The notes: generated by a model from the sequence alone, not told the origin. Positions 50,304 to 61,350 are shown, counted from the stretch's first letter. The stretch is DNA of 64,000 bases from Dehalococcoidia bacterium (GCA_963665775.2 CAXXTF010000001.1:128001-192000), one strand, 5' to 3'. Program-made: numbers and translations.

Positions 50304-51215
50304 CTACATCGGCAGCGCCCACTCGTCTTCGCCGGCGCGCTCGACGCGGCCCTCACCGAGGAGTTTCGCCAGGTGCGCCTCGACCTGGCGCACGGCGCTG
50401 GGGACGGTACGCTGATCCAGCTCCGGGTAGATAGCGTTCACCATCGCCTGGGGCGTGCGAGGGCCGTCGGCCATGAGCTTGAGGATCTGCTCCTCCCGCT
50501 CGTGTCGGTGATCGATGATCTCCTGGAGCTTGCGCGCCACATCGTGCACCGGCGGCCCGTGGCCCGCCAGCATCACGGCGGAGTCGTACCCCTTGAGCCG
50601 CTCCAGGGACTGCAGGTAGATGGCCATGTCCCCGTGGGGCGGCGGCGAGATGGCCACCGTGCCTAGGCCCAGAGCGGTGTCCCCCATGAACAGCGCCCGC
50701 TCCTGCGGAACGTAGACGCAAATCGAACCCTGGGTGTGGCCCGGCGTGTGCACGATCTCCAGGGTCAGGCCGCCCACGCTGAGGGACTCACCGTCCTCCA
50801 GGAGAAGGTCCGGCGCGGCGTCCGCTGCCATTCGGCGGAAGCGTTTGAACCGCTCGAACATCTCCTTACGCTCCTCCGGCACCTCCATATCCTGCGGTAT
50901 CTCACCCTGCCAGTCGAGCAGTTGACGCTCCTCCTTAGGGTGGATCACGATCTGGGCGCCCGTCGCCTCGCGAAGCTGGTGGGCGCCGCTGGAGTGATCG
51001 AAGTGGTGATGGCTGAGGACGATGTAGCGCACCTTGATCTGCGGCCTCTCACGCAGGTACTCCAGCCGCGCCCGGATCGACTCCTCGTCGCCGAAGCCGC
51101 TGTCGACGAGGGCGCCCTCGCCGCCGTCGGTCACCAGATACACGTTCGGGGCGAAGGTGCTGGTGAAGAACGAGACCTTGGCGGGGATCGAGTGGATGCG
51201 CGACGTTATCTCCAT
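50304..51215 (-). CDS. MBL-fold metallo-hydrolase with C-terminal winged helix (LACTB2-like)
   Basis: SHHHFDH, TPGHT, GD, GHG, AHLAKL. Confidence 0.9.
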   Translation of the reverse strand: MEITSRIHSIPAKVSFFTSTFAPNVYLVTDGGEGALVDSGFGDEESIRARLEYLRERPQIKVRYIVLSHHHFDHSSGAHQLREATGAQIVIHPKEERQLLDWQGEIPQDMEVPEERKEMFERFKRFRRMAADAAPDLLLEDGESLSVGGLTLEIVHTPGHTQGSICVYVPQERALFMGDTALGLGTVAISPPPHGDMAIYLQSLERLKGYDSAVMLAGHGPPVHDVARKLQEIIDHRHEREEQILKLMADGPRTPQAMVNAIYPELDQRTVPSAVRQVEAHLAKLLGEGRVERAGEDEWALPM

Positions 51216-51760
51216 GGCTGCACCTCGTAATCTTCTCGCAGGACACTCATGGGCACGGCGTTCACGGGCTGGCCCAAGCGCAGGCGGTGGGCCCGGAGGA
51301 GACCCTCCCGCACGAACCCGCACTTCTCGTAGCAACGAATGGCCCGCAGGTTATCCTCATCGGTATGGAGCTCAACCAGGCGGAGCTCCAGCTCCTCGAA
51401 ACCGTACCGCAGCACCCGCCTTATGGCGTCCGTGCCATGACCCTCGCTCCAATGATCCTTCTCGCCGATAACGATGCCCAGGGTGGCCCGGCGGTTAGTC
51501 TCATCGACGTGGTTGAGCCCCAGGTTGCCCATAGGCTTCCCTTCCGCGGTCTCGATCACCCAGACGACGCCCTCGGCATCGGCGCGCATCTCCTCATACC
51601 ACTCCCGCTCCGACTCCATCGTGAGCTCCGGCCCCTCCGATATCGCCAGCCAGTAGCGAACGTCGGGGTCGTTGAGCCAGCGCACGAAGAGAGGCAGGTC
51701 GCGCTCCTCCACCGGCCGCAGACGCACCTTCTCGCCCTCCAGAATGCATTCGGAGATCAC
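51206..51760 (-). CDS. RimJ/RimL-type GNAT acetyltransferase
   Basis: VRLRP, LGIVIGEK.W..GHG, N.RAIRCYEKCGF..EG. Confidence 0.92.
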   Translation of the reverse strand: MISECILEGEKVRLRPVEERDLPLFVRWLNDPDVRYWLAISEGPELTMESEREWYEEMRADAEGVVWVIETAEGKPMGNLGLNHVDETNRRATLGIVIGEKDHWSEGHGTDAIRRVLRYGFEELELRLVELHTDEDNLRAIRCYEKCGFVREGLLRAHRLRLGQPVNAVPMSVLREDYEVQPWR

Positions 51761-51800
51761 GGTGCGCCTATGTTATCATGACCCCTCAGGGAGAAGAAAC

Positions 51801-52442
51801 ATGCAGACCTACGAGGACGGAATCCTGCGGATTACGCGGTTCGGACCCCTGGGCCCGTACGCCAACAACGCCTACATCATCGCCGACGGCCGATCCGGCG
51901 AGGCGGTCATCGTCGACATGCCCGTCGACAGCGAGGAGCTCCTGGCGGCGACCGAGGGGCTCCGGATCGGCGGCATCCTGCTGACCCACACGCACTCCGA
52001 CCACTGGGCTGCCTACGAGCTGGTCAAGGGAGCCACCGGCGCTCCGGTTTACGGCCACCCGGCGGAGCAGCTGATGCCCGCCGAGAAGATCGACCGGCCC
52101 CTGGCGGACGGCGAGGTTATCGCGGTGGGCGGCCTGAGCATCGGGGCCATCCACACGCCGGGCCACACGCCGGGCGGCACCTGCTTCCTGGTCGGCCGCC
52201 ACCTCTTCTCCGGCGACACCCTCTTCCCCGGCGGCCCCGGACACACCCGCAGCCCCCAGTACCTCCAGGAGATCGTCCGCTCCATCACGGAACGGCTCTA
52301 CGTCCTGCCGGGCGATACGCTGGTCCTCCCCGGACACGGCGACGACACCACCATCGCCCGTTCGAAACAGGAGTACGCCGTCTTCTCCTCGCGGCCGCAC
52401 CCGGCGGACCTCAGCGGCGATATCCTCTGGGAGTCGTCCTGA
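51801..52442 (+). CDS. MBL-fold metallo-hydrolase (glyoxalase II-like)
   Basis: THTHSDH, TPGHTPG, SGDTLF, PGHG. Confidence 0.92.
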   Translation: MQTYEDGILRITRFGPLGPYANNAYIIADGRSGEAVIVDMPVDSEELLAATEGLRIGGILLTHTHSDHWAAYELVKGATGAPVYGHPAEQLMPAEKIDRPLADGEVIAVGGLSIGAIHTPGHTPGGTCFLVGRHLFSGDTLFPGGPGHTRSPQYLQEIVRSITERLYVLPGDTLVLPGHGDDTTIARSKQEYAVFSSRPHPADLSGDILWESS

Positions 52443-52653
52443 ATGAGAGCGCCCGGCCACACCCCGAAAAGTGTAGCATCATGGCTTCTCTGATACCTCA
52501 GGCATTAGCCGGGGGTACTGACCCCAACTGCCGCCGTTGACCCGGCTAACGGTGTCGCCTACACTAGTTGCAGACATCCTTCACCGGCGCCGGTCCCGAC
52601 AGGCCGGGCCCTATTTTCTGCGGTTCGCTCGCCGGTGGGACCCGTCCATTTAG

Positions 52654-53931
52654 ATGAGTACCAACTCCTTCTACCAGCGTACTACCCTCCCCAACGGTCT
52701 GCGCATCCTCACCTCTTCCATGCCCCACACGCACTCCGTATCCGTTTCCGTTTACGTGGGCGCCGGCTCCCGCTACGAGCGTGACAACGAGGCCGGACTT
52801 TCCCACTTCCTGGAACACCTGCTGTTCAAAGGCACTGAGAAGCGACCCACCGCCAAGGAGATCTCCGAGGCGATCGATGGGGTTGGCGGGATGATGAACG
52901 GCGGCACGGACCGCGAGTACACGGTCTACTACATCAAGGTGGCCAGACCTCACCTGGACCTCGCCCTGGATATCCTCCTTGAGCTGGTCCGCCGACCTCT
53001 CATAGACCCCATGGAGATCGATAAGGAGCGCCAGGTGGTTCTCGAGGAGCTGGCGATGGTCGCCGATTCTCCGGCCCAGATGGCCGATCTCCTGGTGGAT
53101 GTTACCCTCTGGCCCGACCAGCCGCTGGGCCGGGACGTGGCCGGCACGCCGGACTCCGTACGCCAGGTCAGCCGGGAGATGGCGCTGGGCTACCTGCACA
53201 GCCAGTACGTTCCGAACAATATCGTCATGGCTCTGGCTGGAAACGTTGAACACCAGGAGATCGTGGACTCCATAGGGCAGGCCCTCGGTGATTGGCCCGC
53301 CGGCTCCCCCTCCACCTGGTTTCCCGCTAGAGATGCTATCGGACCCCGCTGCGCCGTCCGCTACAAGTCAACGGAGCAGGCCCACATCTGCCTGGCGCTG
53401 CGCGGCCTTCCCCTCAATCACCCGGACCGCTACGCCCTCTCTTTCCTCTCCATCATCCTGGGAGAGGGGATGTCCTCCCGCCTATTCATGGAGCTCCGCG
53501 AGAAGCGAGGGCTGGTGTACGACGTTCACTCCTACGTCTCCCACTTCCTGGACACGGGCGCCTTTAGCGTATACACGGGGGTGGACCCCAAGAGGGCGGT
53601 ACAGGCCCTGCAAGTGGTGCTGGCGGAGCTGGCGCGGCTTCGGGACGAGGGCCCTTCTATCGAGGAGCTGACCAAGGCCAGGGAGCTGTCCAAGGGCCGC
53701 CTCCTCCTGCGCATGGAGGACACCCGCGACGTCTCCAGCTGGATCGGCGGACAGGAGCTGCTCCTGGAAAAGGTGTTCGGCGTCGAACAGGCCGTGGAAG
53801 AGATGGACGCCGTGACCCTCGAAGATCTGAGCCGCGTGTCCCGCCAGCTCATCGTCTCAGAGCAGCTCCATCTCGCCGTGGTCGGACCTTACCGCTCGGA
53901 TAAGCGGTTTGCGCCCCTCCTGCGCCTGTAA
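52654..53931 (+). CDS. M16 (pitrilysin) family peptidase
   Basis: LPNGL, GSRYE, HFLEH (HxxEH), SSRLF..LREKRGL.Y. Confidence 0.95.
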   Translation: MSTNSFYQRTTLPNGLRILTSSMPHTHSVSVSVYVGAGSRYERDNEAGLSHFLEHLLFKGTEKRPTAKEISEAIDGVGGMMNGGTDREYTVYYIKVARPHLDLALDILLELVRRPLIDPMEIDKERQVVLEELAMVADSPAQMADLLVDVTLWPDQPLGRDVAGTPDSVRQVSREMALGYLHSQYVPNNIVMALAGNVEHQEIVDSIGQALGDWPAGSPSTWFPARDAIGPRCAVRYKSTEQAHICLALRGLPLNHPDRYALSFLSIILGEGMSSRLFMELREKRGLVYDVHSYVSHFLDTGAFSVYTGVDPKRAVQALQVVLAELARLRDEGPSIEELTKARELSKGRLLLRMEDTRDVSSWIGGQELLLEKVFGVEQAVEEMDAVTLEDLSRVSRQLIVSEQLHLAVVGPYRSDKRFAPLLRL

Positions 53932-53964
53932 GCGACAGGCCTTCGAATCAAGCCCAACCTACCG

Positions 53965-54140
53965 TTCTGAACCCTTCGCGTCTGAACCCTTCGCGCCCGA
54001 CCAATGTGAGCCCGCCGCTCTGTCATTCTGAGCCCGTCGCTCTGTCATTCTGAGCGACGCGAAGAATCTGGCACCCCGCTCAGGATAAACTTCGCGAAGA
54101 ATCGGCATGCGAAGTGGCCAGACCCTTCGCTGCGCTCCGG
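53965..54140. repeat. Composite REP-like repeat cluster
   Basis: TCTGAACCCTTCGCG x2; CGCTCTGTCATTCTGAGC x2; GTCATTCTGAGCGACGCGAAGAATCT and GACCCTTCGCTGCGCTC arms; related element at 21447-21535. Confidence 0.75.
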
Positions 54141-54208
54141 GTGCAGATTCTGGCAAGGCCAAGAGCAGAGGGGGCCGTTAGGCCCAGCTGTACCGCCACA
54201 GATGCCAG

Positions 54209-54233
54209 CCGCCCCGCCTAAACAGCGGGGCGG
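54209..54233 (-). terminator. Hairpin downstream of groEL
   Basis: CCGCCCCGC-7 nt-GCGGGGCGG perfect stem; no clear U-tract. Confidence 0.45.
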
Positions 54234-54272
54234 AATCTAGCGTCCAACTTCCGGCTTAAGGCCCGGAGGCTC

Positions 54273-55907
<1,635 letters not shown>

Positions 55908-55917
55908 TCAGTTTTGG

Positions 55918-55991
55918 CCACGGAACTACACGGATGGGCCGCAGATACTGTTGAGCAGTTATCAGTGCCTAATCTGCGTCCATCTTTGGCT
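55918..55991. repeat. Intergenic imperfect palindromic repeat between groES and groEL
   Basis: CACGGATGGGCCGCAGAT ... ATCTGCGTCCATCTTTGG; same style as 26435-26488. Confidence 0.55.
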
Positions 55992-56011
55992 AAGGTTCGT
56001 TATAAGGTTCG

Positions 56012-56338
56012 TTAGGCCAGCTTGGCCAGGATGTCGGACTCTTTGAGGACGAGATAGTCTTCGTCCTCAGCGCTGAAGATACCCCGGGGGACCTCCTGGC
56101 CGGTGTACTTGGCGTAGAGGATGCGGTCGCCAATCTTGAGATCTATGGGCAGCCGCTTGCCGTTATCATCGAGACGACCGGGGCCGACAGCCAGCACTTC
56201 GCCTAACAGGGGCTTCTCGCGAGCGGTGTCCGGAATGACGAGGCCGCTGGCCCTGATCTCCTGCTGCTTGGTCTGCCTGACCACGATGCGTTCGCCCAGG
56301 GGTACGAGCTTCGCCGCGTTTGCGGTCTTGGTTGCCAC
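56012..56338 (-). CDS. groS: Co-chaperonin GroES
   Basis: PLGERIVV, SGLVIPDTAREKP, AVGPG, KYTG; AAGGAGG SD, GTG start. Confidence 0.97.
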   Translation of the reverse strand: MATKTANAAKLVPLGERIVVRQTKQQEIRASGLVIPDTAREKPLLGEVLAVGPGRLDDNGKRLPIDLKIGDRILYAKYTGQEVPRGIFSAEDEDYLVLKESDILAKLA

Positions 56339-56381
56339 TAGGGAGTCCCTCCTTCTTGCCATTAGGTTTGCGGGGCGCCTG

Positions 56382-56408
56382 TTAGCACTCAGCACATAGG
56401 AGTGCTAA
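56382..56408. promoter_or_regulatory. CIRCE element (HrcA operator)
   Basis: Perfect TTAGCACTC-N9-GAGTGCTAA, just downstream of minus-strand TTGCGC-17-TATTAT (56416-56444). Confidence 0.98.
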
Positions 56409-56522
56409 CGGTAAAATAATAGTTCAGACGAAGGCGAGGCGCAAGACCCAGGGCCGCGTTCGCGGGGCGAATTTTCCCGATCGCCGCCGGCCTCCAAGCG
56501 CCGGACTTCTAAGCTATTGCCC

Positions 56523-56681
56523 TTCAGCAGGCTGAAAACCTACCGGAAGTTGGACTCTATCCGCACTAGGAGGCTAGGAAAGGTCTGGCTGCAGGTGGCG
56601 CTTAGCGTGCTCGTGATGAATGTGGCGGCGATGGCGAGCGCGGCGCCTGATTTGGCGCCGATACGAAGGTGTGGGGCCTAA
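56523..56681 (+). mobile_element. C-terminal remnant of a DDE transposase (IS5/IS1182-like)
   Basis: FSRLKTYRKLDSIRTRRLGKVWLQVALSVLVMN matches the FxxLK...R.RG..KV.L...L...N tail pattern; no start codon. Confidence 0.55.
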
Positions 56682-57100
56682 TTCGCGGGTACGGCTTCTG
56701 AGTTTGCGAGCCTGGCCATAGCCTCCTCCCAAGAGCGCATCTGTACTGCCTGAGGGAGGCAGTAGAACAAATTCTCTTTGGGTCCGATCACCCAACACTC
56801 CTTCTGCGACTGAAGTGCGATGCCAAATTCTACATGCCGGCCGCCACCGGAAGGGCGGCCCGCCTCTTCAGTGAAGAAGATGCAGATCTCCGCTTTCCGA
56901 ATGTCTTCCCAGTCCACCTGGGCCAATTGCCGATAGTCCTCTTGATAGGATTCCACGTCACCAAGTCTACTTGCGGGGATTCTATTCTGACCGTTGAGCC
57001 ACCGACAGGTGACCTCGTGACCAGCAGCTCGCGCCTGGTTAGCATATTCCAATATCTGCTCACGACGAGAATAGCACGCGGCGAAATAAATACTGGCCAT
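56678..57100 (-). CDS. Nucleoside 2-deoxyribosyltransferase-like protein
   Basis: IYFA, D.EDI..A, GGG..VEFGIA; lower GC. Confidence 0.75.
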   Translation of the reverse strand: MASIYFAACYSRREQILEYANQARAAGHEVTCRWLNGQNRIPASRLGDVESYQEDYRQLAQVDWEDIRKAEICIFFTEEAGRPSGGGRHVEFGIALQSQKECWVIGPKENLFYCLPQAVQMRSWEEAMARLANSEAVPAN

Positions 57101-57198
57101 TTCGCTCCTCTTTCTGATGGCGGGCTGCCTCTGGGAATTCTACGATCATTCGTCAATTCTTGCTAGCTCACCCTGCAACTAGTTTCGCAACGGGCTAC

Positions 57199-57227
57199 TT
57201 GTCCTCTTACACGGTATCATGTAAAAT
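57199..57227 (+). promoter_or_regulatory. Leaderless promoter of XRE regulator with palindromic operator
   Basis: TTGTCC-17-TAAAAT with GTG start 7 nt later; TTACACG-GTAT-CATGTAA (57207-24). Confidence 0.7.
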
Positions 57228-57233
57228 GGGGGC

Positions 57234-57584
57234 GTGAGGGGGAAGCGAGGGCCAAAGGCGCGGCCCGCGGCGAAGGGCAAGCGGCAGGGGGCCAGCTGGG
57301 ACGCCGGCCAGGTGCGAGCCCTGCGCCGCCACCTGGGCCTGAGCCAACAGGGGATGGCCCAGGAGATGGGCACCCGCCAGCAGACGGTGAGCGAGTGGGA
57401 GACGGACCAATACCGGCCGCGGGGTGCCTCGGCGCGCCTGCTAGCGATCATCGCCGAGCAGGCCGGATTCGAGTACCGGGCGGACGCCCCAAGGCCGGGC
57501 AGGGACGGAGGGGAGCAGGGTCAGGGCGACCGGGGCGAGGGTTCGCCCGGCCGGACAGGCCCATCGACCCGGTCAGAGCCCTGA
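57234..57584 (+). CDS. XRE-family helix-turn-helix regulator
   Basis: VRALRRHLGLSQQGMAQEMGTRQQTVSEWET..Y.P. Confidence 0.88.
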   Translation: MRGKRGPKARPAAKGKRQGASWDAGQVRALRRHLGLSQQGMAQEMGTRQQTVSEWETDQYRPRGASARLLAIIAEQAGFEYRADAPRPGRDGGEQGQGDRGEGSPGRTGPSTRSEP

Positions 57585-57597
57585 GGCGGGAGGCGTT

Positions 57598-58748
57598 ATG
57601 CCGAAGGTAGCGAAGCGCCTATCAGCCCTCCGGGAGGAGGGGGCGCCCTGGGAGATGGGTTCGCCGGGCGGGCTGCCGCTGTCGAGCCTGGGGGCCCCTA
57701 AATCGCCGCTCCGGGAGCGGCACCTGGTCCACATCTGGGAGGGGCAGCGCTTCCCGCCCTCGGCCCTCAGCACACGGGACGGCCAGCGCCTGGGGGTTGT
57801 GTACCGGGGCCGCCTCGTGGGCGGGCCGGGGCCGGACTTCCGGGACGCCATCATCGCCGCTCCCTGGGGCCTCCTCCGGGGCGATGTGGAGCTACACGTC
57901 AGGGCTAGCGATTTCCATCGCCATCGCCACGGCCAGGACGCCACCTATAACGGGCTAGCCTTGCACGTGGTGTTCTGGGACGACGAGGGGGAGGACACCC
58001 TGCTGGCCGGCGGGCGGCGGGCGCCGGTGGCAACCCTGGTTCCCCAGACGGAAACCGGGGTTGAAGATGTCCGCCACTGGCTGAGCGGGCCGGTGCTGTG
58101 GCAGGAGCCCTGCCGTAGCGCCCTGGAGCGGCTGGGCAGCGACACGGTGGCCGCCACCCTGGACAGCCTGGGACAGCAACGTTTTCGAGAGAAGGCCGAG
58201 GCGATGCGACAGCTCCTGGAGAGGGAGCCGGCGGATGAGGTGATCTGGCAGGGGCTGCTGAGGGCGCTGGGCTACGGCGGTGACCGGCAGTCGCCAGGGG
58301 CCAGTTTCGCCAGGGGAGGCCGGGAAACGCGGGCTGGCGACGGCTAGAAGGGGCCGCCCGGCTGGCGGCACGGTTCTGTTGCAAAGGGCTGGCCTCCAGG
58401 CTAGTGAAGATCCTGTCCGACACGCCGGAGCAGGGCGCTTCTACCCTTCTCGCCTCCCTGCAGGTGAGCGGCGACCGGCAGGCCTTCATCGGCCGGTCGC
58501 GGGCCCTGGAGATCGTCACCAACGTGGTTCTGCCGTACGCCGCTGGCAGCGGCGACGCGGCCCTGGCCCGGAAGGCGGAGGCGGTGTACGAGCGGCTGCC
58601 GCGACCGGCCGCCTACGGCGCCGTGCGCCACCTGGACAGGGCGGTAGGCCAGGGCGTACGGGTGGACGCGCGCCGCCAGCAGGGGATGCTTCGTCTCCTG
58701 CGTCAGGACTGCACCCAGGGCGGCTGCGGCCGCTGTCCGCTGTCGTAG
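57598..58748 (+). pseudogene. DUF2851 family gene split by frameshift/internal deletion
   Basis: N-part GPDF, GDVELH, H..D..YN..LHVV, ALGY (57598-58290); C-part in another frame: IGRSRA.EI..NVVLP, QQG, C...C..CPL. Confidence 0.75.
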
Positions 58749-58831
58749 GGGAGGCCGGACAGAGGACTCGTGATGACAGAGGGTTCGTCTCGCCCTTCCC
58801 TACCGCCCAGGCGGCCCGTACCGATAGGGCT

Positions 58832-59821
58832 TCAGCCGATGCGCAGGCCGGGCCGGACGTCGACATCCAGGGGAGCGATGTCGCCGGCCTGAAGACGCTG
58901 CCAGCCACAGGCGGCGACCATGGCCCCGTTGTCGGTACAGAGAGCCGGCGGCGGTACCCGGAGCGGCACCGGCGAGCGCTCTTCCAGGGCTTGTCGGAGG
59001 ACGGAGTTGGCCGCGACGCCGCCGGAGAGGATGACCTGTCGTACGCCGTGATCCTGGGCCGCCCGCACGGCCTTGGTGACCAGCGAGTCCACCACGGCCT
59101 CCTGGAAGGCGGCGGCTAGCTCGGGAGCCGGGGGCACGTCTCCCTCCTGGCCGCGGACCAGACGCAGGACCTTCGTCTTGAGACCGCTAAAGCTGAAATC
59201 GTAGGGGCGGTCGAGGCGGGCCCGGGGAAGGCGCAGGGAGGGGGCGCCGCTGGTGGCGGCCAGCCGCTCTACGGCGGGGCCGCCGGGGAAGCCCAGCCCC
59301 AGTAGGCGGGCCACCTTGTCGAAGGCCTCGCCGGCGGCGTCGTCCACCGTCTGGCCCAGCCGACGGTAGCGGCCGTGTCCCGCCATGAGGACGACATCGC
59401 TGTGGCCCCCGGAGACGGTGAGACAGAGAGCCGGGAAGCGGGGCTCCGGATCGCTGTCCAGCCAGGCGCCGTAGATGTGGCCCTCCAGGTGGTTGACGGC
59501 CACGAGGGGGAGGGCGCGCGCGTAGGCCAGGGCCTTGGCAAAGTTAGCCCCTACCAGCAGCGCACCGGCCAGGCCCGGGCCGGTGGTTACTGCCACGGCG
59601 TCGATATCGGCCAGGCGGCAGCGGGCGCGCTCCAGGGCCTCCTCTAGGACGGGCGCTATCGCCTGCACGTGCTGGCGGGAGGCCAGCTCAGGGACGACGC
59701 CACCGTAGCGGGCGTGCATCTCCACCTGGGAGGCGATCACGTTGGAGAGGATTCGCCGCCCGTCCCGGACTACGGCCACGGCGGTCTCGTCACAGGAGGT
59801 CTCGATGCCCAGGACGTTCAT
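58832..59821 (-). CDS. tsaD: tRNA N6-adenosine threonylcarbamoyltransferase
   Basis: LGIETSCDET, GGVVPE.ASR.H, HLEGH, SGGH, GEAFDK, CTDNGAM. Confidence 0.98.
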   Translation of the reverse strand: MNVLGIETSCDETAVAVVRDGRRILSNVIASQVEMHARYGGVVPELASRQHVQAIAPVLEEALERARCRLADIDAVAVTTGPGLAGALLVGANFAKALAYARALPLVAVNHLEGHIYGAWLDSDPEPRFPALCLTVSGGHSDVVLMAGHGRYRRLGQTVDDAAGEAFDKVARLLGLGFPGGPAVERLAATSGAPSLRLPRARLDRPYDFSFSGLKTKVLRLVRGQEGDVPPAPELAAAFQEAVVDSLVTKAVRAAQDHGVRQVILSGGVAANSVLRQALEERSPVPLRVPPPALCTDNGAMVAACGWQRLQAGDIAPLDVDVRPGLRIG

Positions 59822-60480
59822 GGGCTGGGATCAGGGAGGATGGCTACCAGCAGGGCACCGCAGTTGGTCAGGGAGCGCGCCTGGCGGTAGAGGGCGGGCA
59901 GCGCCTCATCGGGCGGCGAATCCAGGGCGGCGACCAGCTCTTCTGGGGACAGCGCCCCGGCCAGGGTAGGGCTGAGGAGAAGAAGCCGGTCGCCCTCGGT
60001 GAGCTCCAGGCGGGAGAACTGGGGCCTGAAGTCGTCATGGAGGCCCAGGGGCTCGACGGCGTCTGGGATGGTGGGATGCAGGGCCAGAGGCGAGCCCGAG
60101 CCCTGGTGGTAGAGGACGGCGCTGGCGGGCCCTACCTGGGCCAGGTAAGCCTCGTGGGCACGCAGCGCCAAGCAGGAGGCGCCGGCAGCCACCCGATGCT
60201 CCTTGAGGCTCCGGCGGTTCCACTCGTGCAGGTCAGAGTGAGCCGCCTTAAGGGCGCGCAGGAGGGCGCCGGTGATGGAGGTTCGGCGCTGGTGGAAGAC
60301 GTTGCCTATCGCCTCCGTCAGCTCCCCGCAGAACTCCTCGCTGCCCGGAAGGGCGGGCTCCACGACGACGTAGAGGTCGGTCGCATCGTCGCCGAGGCTG
60401 CGGTCGACAAATGCGCCGACCCAGGGCGTGCGCTCCCGCGCCTCGCCCTCAACGATGCCGAACTGGCCGATCCACAGCAT
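59818..60480 (-). CDS. Hypothetical protein, degenerate PP2C/SpoIIE-like fold
   Basis: AYLAQVG, GDRLLLLS patterns; catalytic DG motifs absent; coupled to tsaD. Confidence 0.6.
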   Translation of the reverse strand: MLWIGQFGIVEGEARERTPWVGAFVDRSLGDDATDLYVVVEPALPGSEEFCGELTEAIGNVFHQRRTSITGALLRALKAAHSDLHEWNRRSLKEHRVAAGASCLALRAHEAYLAQVGPASAVLYHQGSGSPLALHPTIPDAVEPLGLHDDFRPQFSRLELTEGDRLLLLSPTLAGALSPEELVAALDSPPDEALPALYRQARSLTNCGALLVAILPDPSP

Positions 60481-60635
60481 TCCAATACGATTATATGCCC
60501 AGGACCAGCGACCGTTCGACCGGTGTGATGTGTGAGGACATGTAAGACAAGAGAGGGGATGAAGGCGGAACCGCTCACCGCGAGCCTTTCAGACTCGTCT
60601 CTGGGGCTGTCGTGCGCGCGGGGACGGCCAGGGGA

Positions 60636-61271
60636 TTAGCCGGCGACGGCGGACGGCTCGGCAACGGGCCGGAGGCGATAGGTGCACGAGCGCTCGCCGC
60701 GGAGGATGCTGTGGCTGAGGCGAGTGTCGCTCCCGGTCAGGATGCGAACGAACTCCACATGCAGAGCGCAGACCGCGCGGTCCCGCTGGGCGACGGCGAG
60801 GAAGGGACAAGTAAACTCGTCGATGCACCACTCGCCGTTCGTCTCACCGTACTCTACCAGGCTGCCCAGCTCCTCCATGATACTAGCCGTTTCCGTGACC
60901 CGCTGAGCCTGGGGCTTACCTTCCACGCGTTCGAGATAGGGGGAGGCGAGCCGAAAAGCCACCCGGTGTAAGAGCTGATACAGCTTCTCGTTGCCCTCGC
61001 TGGCCCGGATCTCGTCCAGGACCACGCTGGCCAGGAGATCGTAGCTCTTCGGAAAAAGGCCATCGGCCGTCGCCGTGAGGGAGTACACCAGGGTGGGCCG
61101 TCCTACGCGGCCCCGTTCCTCATTGGCATCCACCAGGCCATCCCGCTCCAGCACCGTGAGGTGCTGACGGATGCCTGTCGAGGCCAGCCCCAGGAGCTGC
61201 CCCAACTCCTTCACGGTGGCCCGCCCCTGCCGCTGCAAGTGTCCCAGTATCTGCTGGCGGGTCGTCTGCAT
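60636..61271 (-). CDS. SufR-like winged-helix regulator
   Basis: TRQQIL, GIRQHL.LE.DGLV, GRP..Y, FP..Y, CPF..VC..H..SC. Confidence 0.8.
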   Translation of the reverse strand: MQTTRQQILGHLQRQGRATVKELGQLLGLASTGIRQHLTVLERDGLVDANEERGRVGRPTLVYSLTATADGLFPKSYDLLASVVLDEIRASEGNEKLYQLLHRVAFRLASPYLERVEGKPQAQRVTETASIMEELGSLVEYGETNGEWCIDEFTCPFLAVAQRDRAVCALHVEFVRILTGSDTRLSHSILRGERSCTYRLRPVAEPSAVAG

Positions 61272-61322
61272 CTGGATGCTGCTTGTCACCACGTTAAGAT
61301 TTTATCACATTAGCAAACATTA

Positions 61323-61350
61323 GAAAACAGTATTAGGTAAAACTGTTTTC
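61323..61350. promoter_or_regulatory. Perfect 9-10-9 inverted repeat upstream of the SufR-like gene
   Basis: GAAAACAGT-N10-ACTGTTTTC in an AT-rich patch. Confidence 0.55.

Noticed and set aside
50304-52442. Two MBL-fold genes and a GNAT as an antibiotic-resistance cluster
   Set aside because: No signal peptides; motifs fit cytoplasmic glyoxalase II/LACTB2-like hydrolases and RimJ/L acetyltransferases
53965-54140. Repeat cluster as a CRISPR array
   Set aside because: Only two copies per unit, no regular unique spacers, no cas genes; REP-like
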